Source: Candidatus Saganbacteria bacterium
GTDB lineage: Bacteria > Margulisbacteria > WOR-1 > O2-12-FULL-45-9
Assembly: GCA_013204645.1 (NCBI GenBank)
Contig: JABMSE010000125.1
Span: 1-51,696 of the forward strand
DNA length: 51,696 nt
Direction: 5' to 3'
The translations under genes were made by a program, and so were the position numbers. Below are positions 1 through 8,380 of this stretch, piece by piece (position 1 is the first letter of the stretch; every line of letters begins with the position of its first letter). The notes beneath the pieces are model-generated. The model was not told the origin of the DNA, did not search any database, and was given only the letters and a program-made list of their open reading frames with translations.

Positions 1-196
1 CCCCAGAAGGAGCTGTTTTTTCTTCTTCCTGGACCTGTTTTGTTGCCACAAGGCCTTGTGGCACAATCGGACTCTCAACCTTTACCCCAACCGGCTCTTT
101 TTTAGGCAACAAAGAAGAAAGGAGAGGCCAGTAAGTGTACGCCGCGTATCCCAGTGCTGCCACAAAAAGCCCAATTAAAATAATTTTTTTTGCCAT
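1..196 (-). CDS. Partial CDS (N-terminal part only; C-terminus lies beyond the window edge): small membrane-anchored protein downstream of the pilO-like gene, possibly a PilP-like partner
   Basis: ATG at 196..194 on the minus strand, with the frame open to position 1. My translation is MAKKIILIGLFVAALGYAAYTYWPLLSSLLPKKEPVGVKVESP..., one hydrophobic helix followed by a polar region. It starts 6 nt after the pilO-like stop. It is absent from the ORF track because it is truncated. Confidence 0.35.
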   Translation of the reverse strand, partial: MAKKIILIGLFVAALGYAAYTYWPLLSSLLPKKEPVGVKVESPIVPQGLVATKQVQEEEKTAPSG

Positions 197-202
197 AAAT
201 GA

Positions 203-712
203 TCAGTAAAAAGCCGTTAATAAAATATTAACGCTCAACTCCGGTTTACGCGACCCTCCCCCGGATATGTTTAGGGAATCGATCTTTACCATAATTTTCG
301 AAGTATGCAAAATGCGCAAGAAATTATACAAATCCTTATAGCTTCCTTTGCAATTAAGGTCAAATTGAAAGCCGCCTTCTTCTTTAATAATAGGCTTAAT
401 GGCAACCAAATTCAACCCAGACTTTGATGTGGCCTGCGCCAGGGATTTTAGGACCTCAAGGGCCTTCTCTTCTTTGGGGGCTTGGCTAGTTTCAGGCATC
501 GCACCGGTTTCTCTTCCAATCTTTTCCAAAAGTTTTATCTTAATTTCGGCGATTTTCAACTCCTGCCGATCCTTGCGCAAAGACCGATTGAGATTGTTCA
601 CATCATCCCATTTAGGAGCCAACAAAAAGGTATAAAACAAGTAAAGGAGGGCGCAACACAGTGCTATGGTTACTAACTTTTTCTCTCTATCAGATATTTT
701 AAGCGGCGCCAT
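203..712 (-). CDS. pilO: Type IV pilus assembly protein, PilO-like
   Basis: 169 aa with one N-terminal TM helix (LVTIALCCALLYLFYTFLLAP), then a coiled-coil segment and a C-terminal ferredoxin-like part. It lies directly downstream of the PilM/PilN fusion. Confidence 0.6.
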   Translation of the reverse strand: MAPLKISDREKKLVTIALCCALLYLFYTFLLAPKWDDVNNLNRSLRKDRQELKIAEIKIKLLEKIGRETGAMPETSQAPKEEKALEVLKSLAQATSKSGLNLVAIKPIIKEEGGFQFDLNCKGSYKDLYNFLRILHTSKIMVKIDSLNISGGGSRKPELSVNILLTAFY

Positions 713-720
713 TTCTCCTC

Positions 721-2367
721 CTATTTGGCTACATTTATCTCTGCTACAATATCAAAATTAAAAGCATTCTGCACATATTCTTCATTTTTTTTGGCCTCAA
801 TAAGTTTAACGCTCTTAAAAAAGTTAGATTTAGAAAGGATCAAAACAAAGCGTGAGAGCACATTCTCGGGAGCATCCCCCTTGCCAAAAACTACCCCCCA
901 AAGGTGAACCTGATCCGGAGTTAACTTGAGCGTATCAATGAAAACATTGGAAGGAATAAGTCGGCTTATTTCTTCCATTACTCCCAGCATCTGGGTCTCT
1001 TTTTGTCGATAGGCCAGAAAAGCGAGCTTTCTCTTTTGCTCATCCTGGACAGTTTTTTCTAAAATGTTTAGCGTTTCAACCCGTGGCCGGTATTCGGCCA
1101 GCTTAGCACCGACATAATCAGATTCCTGCTTCAAAAAATACCCCTGCACCCAAAAGAACAAATAAATAAGCGCCAGAGCCAAGATAAAAACAGGAATCAC
1201 GTATTGGGGCCTAAAAACCTTCTGAGCCATAGCCTTATAATGATGTCTAACTTCTCGAGGAACCAAATTAATTTTCTCGTCTAAAAGAAGGGCTGCCCCA
1301 ATGGCAGCCGACAACCTTTGCAAGTTTTTTTCAAGCCCTTCCTTATCTGTAATGCTTTCATCGATTAAGAGTTCTTTTTCAATTTGAGGAACAACAATTG
1401 GAACCCCTAACCCCTCTGACAAAAAAGCAGCTAAATTTTTAGTCAAAGAGCTTCCCCCACTTAAGAAGATCTTATCAATATTAGCTTCCCCAGTTTGGCC
1501 TTTATAATATTCAAAGGTACGCATAATTTCACTTTGGACACGCTCAAGCGCGGGCCGAGCCATAGCTTGCAGTTGGCCAAAGGGAAGGTCTCGGATCTGT
1601 GGGTATTTTTCAGCATCAATTGGAATCCCGTACTCGATCTTGATTTTTTCCGCTTCTTCTGGATTAAGTTCTACACGTCCTTCGTCGGAGACCAAGACCC
1701 CGGACATAGCTAAAGTAATATTTTCCCCACCAATGTTTAACTCACGATTAAATTCTACATTGCCATGTTTTAGGATACTGATATTGGTGGTACGTTTGCC
1801 CATATAAATTACTGAAATAATCTGATCCTTATCCACTACCATCTCTTTAGAAAAGGCAGCCAGCAGGGCATCTGGCATAACCCGAATGGCGACAAGTTTT
1901 AATCCAGCCTTTTTTACAATGAAATCGATCTGATTATAAATTTTAACATTGATAGCTGCAGCTAGATAATCTATTTTTTCAGCATCTTTTTCCTGCAGGG
2001 GAAGCGGATAGTAGTCAATGATAGCTTCTTCAATGGGATAGGAGCTCTCTTCGGCAATTTTCCATTTAATTGCCTCGGCCACTTCCGCGGCAGGCATTTT
2101 TGTCAAAGAAAAAACCTTAAAAAACACATCATCTCCACCAATTACTACCTCCACATCCTTAGTTCTTACTTTGTGATCGGAAAGCAATTTACTTAAGGCT
2201 TCAGCCTGGGCTTCCTCTTTTTGAGGATGTTTATCAATCAAAGTAAAGGGGACCTCGGTTAGCCCCCAATTTTTTATTGTGTTTTTTTCGTTGACCTGTT
2301 CAAGTTCAACAAACTTTACCGAAGTAACCCGCAGGTCAATTCCTAAAATTATTCGTGATGTTGTCAT
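721..2367 (-). CDS. pilM: Type IV pilus assembly PilM-PilN fusion protein
   Basis: The N-terminal ~350 aa is an actin-like ATPase fold (ILGIDLRVTSVKFVELEQ..., GGSSLTKNL). This is followed by INLVPREVRHHYK plus a TM helix (VIPVFILALALIYLFFWV), typical of PilN. Confidence 0.75.
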   Translation of the reverse strand: MTTSRIILGIDLRVTSVKFVELEQVNEKNTIKNWGLTEVPFTLIDKHPQKEEAQAEALSKLLSDHKVRTKDVEVVIGGDDVFFKVFSLTKMPAAEVAEAIKWKIAEESSYPIEEAIIDYYPLPLQEKDAEKIDYLAAAINVKIYNQIDFIVKKAGLKLVAIRVMPDALLAAFSKEMVVDKDQIISVIYMGKRTTNISILKHGNVEFNRELNIGGENITLAMSGVLVSDEGRVELNPEEAEKIKIEYGIPIDAEKYPQIRDLPFGQLQAMARPALERVQSEIMRTFEYYKGQTGEANIDKIFLSGGSSLTKNLAAFLSEGLGVPIVVPQIEKELLIDESITDKEGLEKNLQRLSAAIGAALLLDEKINLVPREVRHHYKAMAQKVFRPQYVIPVFILALALIYLFFWVQGYFLKQESDYVGAKLAEYRPRVETLNILEKTVQDEQKRKLAFLAYRQKETQMLGVMEEISRLIPSNVFIDTLKLTPDQVHLWGVVFGKGDAPENVLSRFVLILSKSNFFKSVKLIEAKKNEEYVQNAFNFDIVAEINVAK

Positions 2368-2368
2368 T

Positions 2369-3643
2369 TTAATATATTTCTTCCCATTCTATAATCTCGA
2401 AAGTATCCGCACCCGCGCCCCCCCCAATACCGATTAAGGAATCAAAATCCACCAAACCCGGATGGGTGGATAAAGTTGCATTGTTGCCCACGCTAGCTAA
2501 ATAGCCAGCCACCATACTACCCTCAAAATGAAAATTGTTTCCGGTTTGGGCAAAATCACCCCGAGTAAAAATCAGCCCGTAAAATTCTCCGTTGTTGCCA
2601 AAATCAATGTCTCCAGGAAAGTTGCCAAGACCAATATCTCCAGCTGTAAAAAAGACCGTCCCTTCTCCAGAACCTGGCCCTCCTATATCAAAGTTATTCC
2701 CTACATCAAAGGCTTGTGAAGAATACCAAACCCCACTGCCTCCAATATCGATATTATTATCAATGTCAATGCCCCCACCAGTAATTACACTAAGATTATC
2801 TCCGATATTTACGTTGTTTCTAACCCGAACTGTTCCGGTTGAAACAATGGTAGCTTCCCCGGCAATATTTATTATACAATCAAGACCAAAAGTCACACTA
2901 CCATTAACATAAGTAGTTCCAGAAAGAGTATGGGTGGTATTATTAGGAAAAGCCAGATCACCGGAAACAGCGGCTGCAGCAACGGCAATCTCGCTATCAT
3001 AGTGGGCACTTTCAAGAGTAGGTAAATTATTCGGAAGGGTAATATCTCCTTCATAAGTTCCAGTAATGGTTGTGTTGTTGCCGATATCCACATCACCGGT
3101 TGAATAAACATCACCATCAATATTCACGTTACTGCCAATGTCTAGATCTGCATTCACTAAAATATTACCGGTAATACTAGCGTTATCTCCAATATCAGTT
3201 TCCGCTCCCCCTGCTCCCTCCCCAGCATAAATCACATAATCCTCGGGGATTGATCCTCCCCCACTCGTCCTAGCAACGGTTACTTGAATCTTCCGCGAAT
3301 AGGAGGTGGCACCTACAGTTATTAAGCCGGTAGAAATAAAAGTTATCTGATCAGCAGCTTCATCCGTGGTGGTAATTGAGAAAAAGCCCCCGGAAAAACT
3401 TATCGCTTCAAGCGTTACCGGGCTTGACCAATCACTGTCATCTGCCAGCTCTTTTATATAATACTCACTACCGGAACTTGCAATATAAAAACTAGCTAAT
3501 GAATGATAATTTTTTACTGCATTTACTGAATCCGATGAAAGGAGTGTTGATAAAGTCACGGCCAAGAAGGTTACCGCTAAAACAATAAAAACTGCCGCAA
3601 TCAAGGCAAAACCACTTCTTTTTTTGTTTCTTTGCTTGCTCAT
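2369..3643 (-). CDS. PilX-like large minor pilin with a C-terminal beta-helix-type repeat region
   Basis: The N-terminus KKRSGFALIAAVFIVLAVTFLAV is a pseudopilin/PilX_N-like hydrophobic segment without Glu5. The C-terminal ~280 aa are built of degenerate repeats (DIGDN, DIGSN, DIGNN, NIGDN, DIDNN, DVGNN, FGNN, TGNN, VGNN). Confidence 0.6.
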   Translation of the reverse strand: MSKQRNKKRSGFALIAAVFIVLAVTFLAVTLSTLLSSDSVNAVKNYHSLASFYIASSGSEYYIKELADDSDWSSPVTLEAISFSGGFFSITTTDEAADQITFISTGLITVGATSYSRKIQVTVARTSGGGSIPEDYVIYAGEGAGGAETDIGDNASITGNILVNADLDIGSNVNIDGDVYSTGDVDIGNNTTITGTYEGDITLPNNLPTLESAHYDSEIAVAAAAVSGDLAFPNNTTHTLSGTTYVNGSVTFGLDCIINIAGEATIVSTGTVRVRNNVNIGDNLSVITGGGIDIDNNIDIGGSGVWYSSQAFDVGNNFDIGGPGSGEGTVFFTAGDIGLGNFPGDIDFGNNGEFYGLIFTRGDFAQTGNNFHFEGSMVAGYLASVGNNATLSTHPGLVDFDSLIGIGGGAGADTFEIIEWEEIY

Positions 3644-3655
3644 TATCCCTCCCCC

Positions 3656-4129
3656 CTATTCTATCCTTATTCTGGACGCAGATTCAATCACATATTTTGC
3701 ACCATCATCTGTCGTAGTTAGTCTAATCTGAATAATACGAATCGCGTCCTGGGTAGTTACGTGAGTGCCGTTTTCATCTAAATATAAAACTTGTAACCCT
3801 CCCGGATCCTCAAGGTCCTCCAACAAAAGACTGGTGTTGCGAAATAGGTTAGTACTGACCTGTCTGAAATTTACCGTAGTATCATCGAGATCGACAAATT
3901 CAACTTCATCTGTAGTATAGATTGTAATCTCCCCTAAGTTTTTTATGCGTTTCATCTCGCGCATCATCCGGTTAAGTGCCGCCCGTGTTGAAACTGCCAT
4001 CTGTCTTTGTCCCCCTACCATCCCCCAAGCATCAATCACCTCTCGAATATAAAAAGAAAAAACAAAAAAGATAATTGAGACCAGAACAATTACCATGATA
4101 CTTTCAATTAGAGTAAATCCTTTACGCAT
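3656..4129 (-). CDS. Prepilin-type N-terminal cleavage/methylation domain protein (minor pilin, PilW/GspJ-like)
   Basis: MRKG/FTLIESIMVIVLVSIIFFV is a class III signal peptide with Glu5. Confidence 0.7.
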   Translation of the reverse strand: MRKGFTLIESIMVIVLVSIIFFVFSFYIREVIDAWGMVGGQRQMAVSTRAALNRMMREMKRIKNLGEITIYTTDEVEFVDLDDTTVNFRQVSTNLFRNTSLLLEDLEDPGGLQVLYLDENGTHVTTQDAIRIIQIRLTTTDDGAKYVIESASRIRIE

Positions 4130-4131
4130 GA

Positions 4132-4518
4132 TTAATAAACTGTCCTTATTGATTCAAGCGAAGCTACCCCCTGAAGCTGTGGATGCCGAATCAGAATGGT
4201 TACTTTTTTATAGTCTGTGATAGAGCCAGCAGGTACATCCAAAGCTTCAGGGCTCACATAATTTACAACAATCTCATAAGTATAATTGCTTAAATCAGCG
4301 GAAAAGCTAGTTTCAACCTCAGAACTTATACTTCCAAAGCTCTTAGCCATGGATTCTTCGATTTTTCCCTCGGCCAGTGATTGGGCAACCGTAAAAGCAT
4401 CAATATCTGCTCCCTTAAAGCCCGTATTTATAAAAATGGCAATAAGGGCATACATGAAAATAGCAATAACCAGCATAGAAATAATAACCTCGATGAGAGT
4501 AAAGCCAGATTTGTTCAT
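4132..4518 (-). CDS. Prepilin-type minor pilin (PilV/GspI-like)
   Basis: MNKSG/FTLIEVIISMLVIAIF is a class III signal peptide with Glu5. 128 aa. Confidence 0.7.
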   Translation of the reverse strand: MNKSGFTLIEVIISMLVIAIFMYALIAIFINTGFKGADIDAFTVAQSLAEGKIEESMAKSFGSISSEVETSFSADLSNYTYEIVVNYVSPEALDVPAGSITDYKKVTILIRHPQLQGVASLESIRTVY

Positions 4519-4520
4519 TT

Positions 4521-5054
4521 TTAAGGTCCTACAATGACCGGCCCGCCAGGAATATCAAAAACCCGGATGCGGCCGGTATCCGGAATTATTTGAATGGTCT
4601 TGGTTTGACCAGAATATTCAATCGTTACAAAACCATCATCTACAATTTCAGCGCCGCCATCATCTAAGGGAGTACCTAGGGGATCAAAAATCACTTTGCT
4701 TCCTCCATTAAAATAAACACTACTTATCTTGGTCCCATCATAGTACTCATTTAAATCTACAACAAAATCGCTACCCAGCTGGGAAGGATTTTCAGCTAAA
4801 GTTTGCGTTACGCCATCTATTTCATAAACACTGTAGATATTAGTCGGATCTGCTTCAAAGCTAATCATATAGCTTTTGGCAGTAGAAAGCGCAGAGCTGC
4901 GGGCGTATTTTAAATCAGCTATGACCTTTTGAGTAGCCGCATCAAGCTTAACTGTCTTATAAGGATTAAGATTAAGAAAAACAAAAACCGAGAGGACCGC
5001 CATAATTAACATAACCATTACTAATTCTATTAAGGTGAAGCCCTTATATCTCAT
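4521..5054 (-). CDS. Prepilin-type minor pilin (FimT/GspH-like)
   Basis: MRYKG/FTLIELVMVMLIMAVLS. The track ORF begins at 5072. I prefer Met7 (5054), which gives a short leader and removes the overlap with the upstream GT2 gene. Confidence 0.65.
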   Translation of the reverse strand: MRYKGFTLIELVMVMLIMAVLSVFVFLNLNPYKTVKLDAATQKVIADLKYARSSALSTAKSYMISFEADPTNIYSVYEIDGVTQTLAENPSQLGSDFVVDLNEYYDGTKISSVYFNGGSKVIFDPLGTPLDDGGAEIVDDGFVTIEYSGQTKTIQIIPDTGRIRVFDIPGGPVIVGP

Positions 5055-5065
5055 TTTAAGGAATT

Positions 5066-5821
5066 TTAGCACTTTATCTTGAATTGCTCAAACCTTTTAA
5101 GGCCTATTTTGTGTAATACTAATTTGGCGCAAACCCCTAGAGTTTGCAGGCCATAAACTAAACTGCGCCAGAAATTTATCTCTGAGGCTTCGGAAAAATA
5201 GCGACAAGGAATAGGAATTTCGGAAGCTCTAAAATCAAAGCTTGAAACCTGGGCCAACACTTCGGTGTCAAAAACAAAATCATCTGAATTTTTTTGATAG
5301 GGGATGGTCTCCAAAAGCTTACGACTATAGGCCCTAAATCCAGTATGATATTCTGAAAGATTCAATCTTAAAACTAAATTCTCAACCCAAGTTAAAAACC
5401 GATTGGAAATGAATTTATAAATAGGCATCCCCCCCGCTAGGGTTCCCCGCCGCCCCCCTTTGATCCTTGAGCCCAGCATTACATCCTTTTTGCCCGAAAT
5501 TATAGGTTCTATCAGATCCGGGATCTTGGTAGCGTCGTATTGCCAGTCCGGATGCACCATTACAATTACATCAGCTTTTTGCTCCAGGGCTTTTTGATAG
5601 AGCATTTTTTGATTTCCGCCATAGCCAAGGTTATGTGGGGTTTTCAAAACTTCAAGTCCCAAAGATTTTGCCATCTCAACAGTCCTATCAGTGGAGCAAT
5701 CATCCCCTAAGATAATGTCATCCACACAATTTTTGTCAATATCACGATAAGTCTTTTCAAGCGTTTTTTCCGCATTATAAGCAGGCATAACAACGATTAC
5801 TTTTGTCTTTTTATTTTCCAT
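5066..5821 (-). CDS. Family 2 glycosyltransferase (polyprenyl-phosphate sugar synthase-like)
   Basis: VIVVMPAYNAEKTL...GDDCSTD...VMVHPD are GT2 signatures. The start was moved to MENKK (TAATG overlap with the upstream stop). The track ORF is 5066..5848. Confidence 0.75.
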   Translation of the reverse strand: MENKKTKVIVVMPAYNAEKTLEKTYRDIDKNCVDDIILGDDCSTDRTVEMAKSLGLEVLKTPHNLGYGGNQKMLYQKALEQKADVIVMVHPDWQYDATKIPDLIEPIISGKKDVMLGSRIKGGRRGTLAGGMPIYKFISNRFLTWVENLVLRLNLSEYHTGFRAYSRKLLETIPYQKNSDDFVFDTEVLAQVSSFDFRASEIPIPCRYFSEASEINFWRSLVYGLQTLGVCAKLVLHKIGLKRFEQFKIKC

Positions 5822-7389
5822 TATTTTTTGCGCCTTAAGATAAGCCATTTGTCAATTACCGCTTCCTTTTCGTAATTTGCTTTGAGATATTTTATAAGCT
5901 TATCATAAGCTGCTCCGGGATGAACCCAAATAACGTATTTGGGCTTTTGCACCTTAATATCATCAAGCATTCGCAAGCGTGCCCGTTGGGCCCTTTCGCC
6001 TTTATATAATAACGGATAGTTGTAGAAGTATTTGGAGGCCGCTTTTCTCTGGCTATAAAAATAGACTTCTCCTTCTGAGCCCCAGACAAAAACCTCGTCG
6101 GAAGAGGCTGCGTTTTGTTTTATGAACCCTGCCACTTGTGGGGCGAGAGCAAAATAAGTGATTCCATATTTTTTAATTGAAATTTCTTCGGGCGACAATA
6201 GATGAAACTTAACCCGAGGGATAATACTCATAGCAAAAACTAGAGTGAGCAGAATGCAAACAATAGCCGCCAACCATAATTTTTTAATATTTTCTTTAAG
6301 CCTCAGCAGCCCATAGGCAGAAAGCAGAGCCAGCCCTGGAATAACCTGGATAAAATAATGGCCATAAAAAGTCCTTCCCATACAAACCCCCACAAATGAG
6401 AAGATGACCCAGAGAGCAAGCAACAGCAAATCCAGTTTTCGATCACGAATGAGTATATAGAAAATTGAAAAAATTGAAAGTATCCATAAAAGTGAATTCT
6501 CAAAAATGACAATCCTAAAAAGACGAGGCCACACCCATCTCTGCTCAGCGGCGTAGGCTAGATTATAAAGAATCACACCATCAATAAAATCAGGAAACCC
6601 ACCCTTTAGCCAGAAATAAAGGATGAAAAGCAAGGGGAAGATCATAAAGCCGAGTAATAACATTAGCGGTCCAAAGGGAAAGGTCCAATGCCTCCTTCGG
6701 ACCGAGCACCGAGCCTTTCCTCGGGACGAGGTCGCACCGAGGGGAAGAACAACGCTCGGCACGAGGTGTCGCTTCAGGTAATTATCTACTGTTTGATGTC
6801 GCTTGGGTTTTTGAAATGCTAGATACAAAGAAAAGGCAAACAAAACTAAGAAATTGGGCAAAGAGACCTGTTTTATCATCATAGCCAGGCCAGAAAAAAG
6901 GCCAGATAAAAATAATAAGACCGAATTTCCCTCCTTTTTGTGTACAGCCAGCAAAAAGCAGTAAAGCGCCAGGAGCATAGGTAAAACCATGAAAGTTTCC
7001 GTATTGGCCGAGGTGCCCTGAATATAGGGGCCCCCACAATAGAATCCATAAAAAAAGGCCGCTAAAAGACCGCCTAGGTTGCCCAGGAGCAGCAAACCAA
7101 CGGCAAAAACCGCTAGGGTCGTAAGTAAACTATAGCCGAGAGTAAAAACTCGTATACTGGTTAAGTTATCACCAAAAAGTTTAAATACTCCGGCATAAAT
7201 AAAATAAACTCCCGGCGGTTTGTGATCAAACACATCCCGATAAGGGAGCTCGCCTAAAAGCAATCTTTGCGCAACATAACCATAGCTACCCTCATCTCTC
7301 TCAAAGGGCTCTTTTATATAGGGAATAAACAAGACAACTTGCATAAAAAGGATCAAAACTAGTACTAAGAGGGTGGTTTTCTTAAACAT
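5821..7389 (-). CDS. GT-C fold membrane glycosyltransferase (GT39/ArnT/PMT_2-like) with a GC-rich in-frame insertion
   Basis: More than 10 predicted TM helices. The first loop motif is PFERDEGSYGYVAQRLLLGELPYRDVFDHKPPG. The ATG at 7389 overlaps the upstream stop. Confidence 0.65.
   Translation of the reverse strand: MFKKTTLLVLVLILFMQVVLFIPYIKEPFERDEGSYGYVAQRLLLGELPYRDVFDHKPPGVYFIYAGVFKLFGDNLTSIRVFTLGYSLLTTLAVFAVGLLLLGNLGGLLAAFFYGFYCGGPYIQGTSANTETFMVLPMLLALYCFLLAVHKKEGNSVLLFLSGLFSGLAMMIKQVSLPNFLVLFAFSLYLAFQKPKRHQTVDNYLKRHLVPSVVLPLGATSSRGKARCSVRRRHWTFPFGPLMLLLGFMIFPLLFILYFWLKGGFPDFIDGVILYNLAYAAEQRWVWPRLFRIVIFENSLLWILSIFSIFYILIRDRKLDLLLLALWVIFSFVGVCMGRTFYGHYFIQVIPGLALLSAYGLLRLKENIKKLWLAAIVCILLTLVFAMSIIPRVKFHLLSPEEISIKKYGITYFALAPQVAGFIKQNAASSDEVFVWGSEGEVYFYSQRKAASKYFYNYPLLYKGERAQRARLRMLDDIKVQKPKYVIWVHPGAAYDKLIKYLKANYEKEAVIDKWLILRRKK
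6691..6775. repeat. GC-rich insertion with internal repeats, in frame inside the GT-C gene
   Basis: The segment cctccttcggaccgagcaccgagcctttcctcgggacgaggtcgcaccgaggggaagaacaacgctcggcacgaggtgtcgc is far more GC-rich than its flanks. caccgag occurs 3 times. ctcgggacgaggtcgc and ctcggcacgaggtgtcgc are direct repeats 35 nt apart. cctcgg/ccgagg form stems. Confidence 0.6.
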
Positions 7390-8380
7390 CAAAATGATCT
7401 AACCATTTAAGCATGTCTCTTCCTTCTTTTTCCGCCCAGGCATTTTCCATTTCCTCAAGCACTTGCGCAACTTTCACAAAGGTATTCCTAATGTTTTTAT
7501 CGGCTGGCAAGAGAGTTTGGTTTAATTTTTGATCAAGGATTTCCCAAAATTTCTCGTTCCAAATCTTGCCCGACGCTTCCAAGGCTGCATTTTTGGACGC
7601 CACCGACGCCCTAATATGGTTAACAAAGGTTTTTCCATAAGTCATTCTAAGTCCGCAATGATCCAAGATACGTTTTAAAATAATTCCCATCCATATATCG
7701 TCGAAGCGCCTATATTTTAATTCAGGACACCAGGTCGAAAAATGAACATAGGGGGTTAGCTCTCTTTTGAACCCACAAATTCCACCATTAACCGGAATTA
7801 ATTGTCCTTCTGGCACAATAGTGGCGCGCGGAATATACTTTGGAGGATTTGCACTAAATTCTTTCTCATATTTGAGCTGCGTTTCGCCATCCACGTCCGG
7901 TACAGTCAGAAAAGATCCTACATGAAAAGAAACCTTAATCTCGCCTACATTTTCAACCGGATAGCCGCGCGATCGATAGTTAAGCAAGGGATCCACCCAA
8001 ACCGGTACTCCACCCTCCAAAATATTACAAAACTCAGTAAAGATATTCGTATGCGCAACCGGCCTTACATCATCATCCAGGGTGACAATAATCTTATTAT
8101 TATCGCGATAAGCTTGATAAAAGCCAATCTGGCGGCAACAGGGGGATTTTACATTTATACAATCCAGCAAGCTTTGCGGGGCATCATCGTGACACAAATG
8201 AATTAAATTCACATCCTTATATTTTTCAATTTCTTGGTGTAAGCCAAAAGATCTTTCTTTATTATCTTCGACAATATACACATTAACCTTAGCCTCTAAT
8301 ATTGGTTGGCGCCAACTATTTAGGAACTCCCTAATCTGGTCTTCGCGAATAGTGGGTACAACTAAGGCAAGATTATTCAT
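7382..8380 (-). CDS. Reversibly glycosylated polypeptide (RGP)/GT75-like protein, a putative UDP-sugar pyranose-furanose mutase
   Basis: The blocks VVPTIRE, TLDDDV, RGYPV, PDVDGETQL, RFDDIWMG, ILDHCGLRMTYG and HIRASV match, as recalled, plant RGP1 VIPTIRN, TIDDDC, RGYPF, PDYDAPTQL, RYDDMWAG, ICDHLGLGVKTG and HSKASN. Confidence 0.65.
   Translation of the reverse strand: MNNLALVVPTIREDQIREFLNSWRQPILEAKVNVYIVEDNKERSFGLHQEIEKYKDVNLIHLCHDDAPQSLLDCINVKSPCCRQIGFYQAYRDNNKIIVTLDDDVRPVAHTNIFTEFCNILEGGVPVWVDPLLNYRSRGYPVENVGEIKVSFHVGSFLTVPDVDGETQLKYEKEFSANPPKYIPRATIVPEGQLIPVNGGICGFKRELTPYVHFSTWCPELKYRRFDDIWMGIILKRILDHCGLRMTYGKTFVNHIRASVASKNAALEASGKIWNEKFWEILDQKLNQTLLPADKNIRNTFVKVAQVLEEMENAWAEKEGRDMLKWLDHFDV

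Noticed and set aside
44-63. A perfect 20-nt palindrome tgccacaaggccttgtggca, superficially similar to the REP core (GTGGCA against GTGCC..GGCAC).
   Set aside because: It is a single copy inside a coding frame (PQGLVA). Its sequence is not the GTGCCWGGCAC motif, and it has no flanking CTTAGG. It is probably coincidental, though a protein-binding site cannot be excluded.
2369-3643. A diversity-generating retroelement or other variable-repeat target in the DIGNN repeat protein.
   Set aside because: There is no reverse transcriptase and no template repeat elsewhere in the window. The repeats are degenerate at the DNA level and consistent with an ordinary beta-solenoid.
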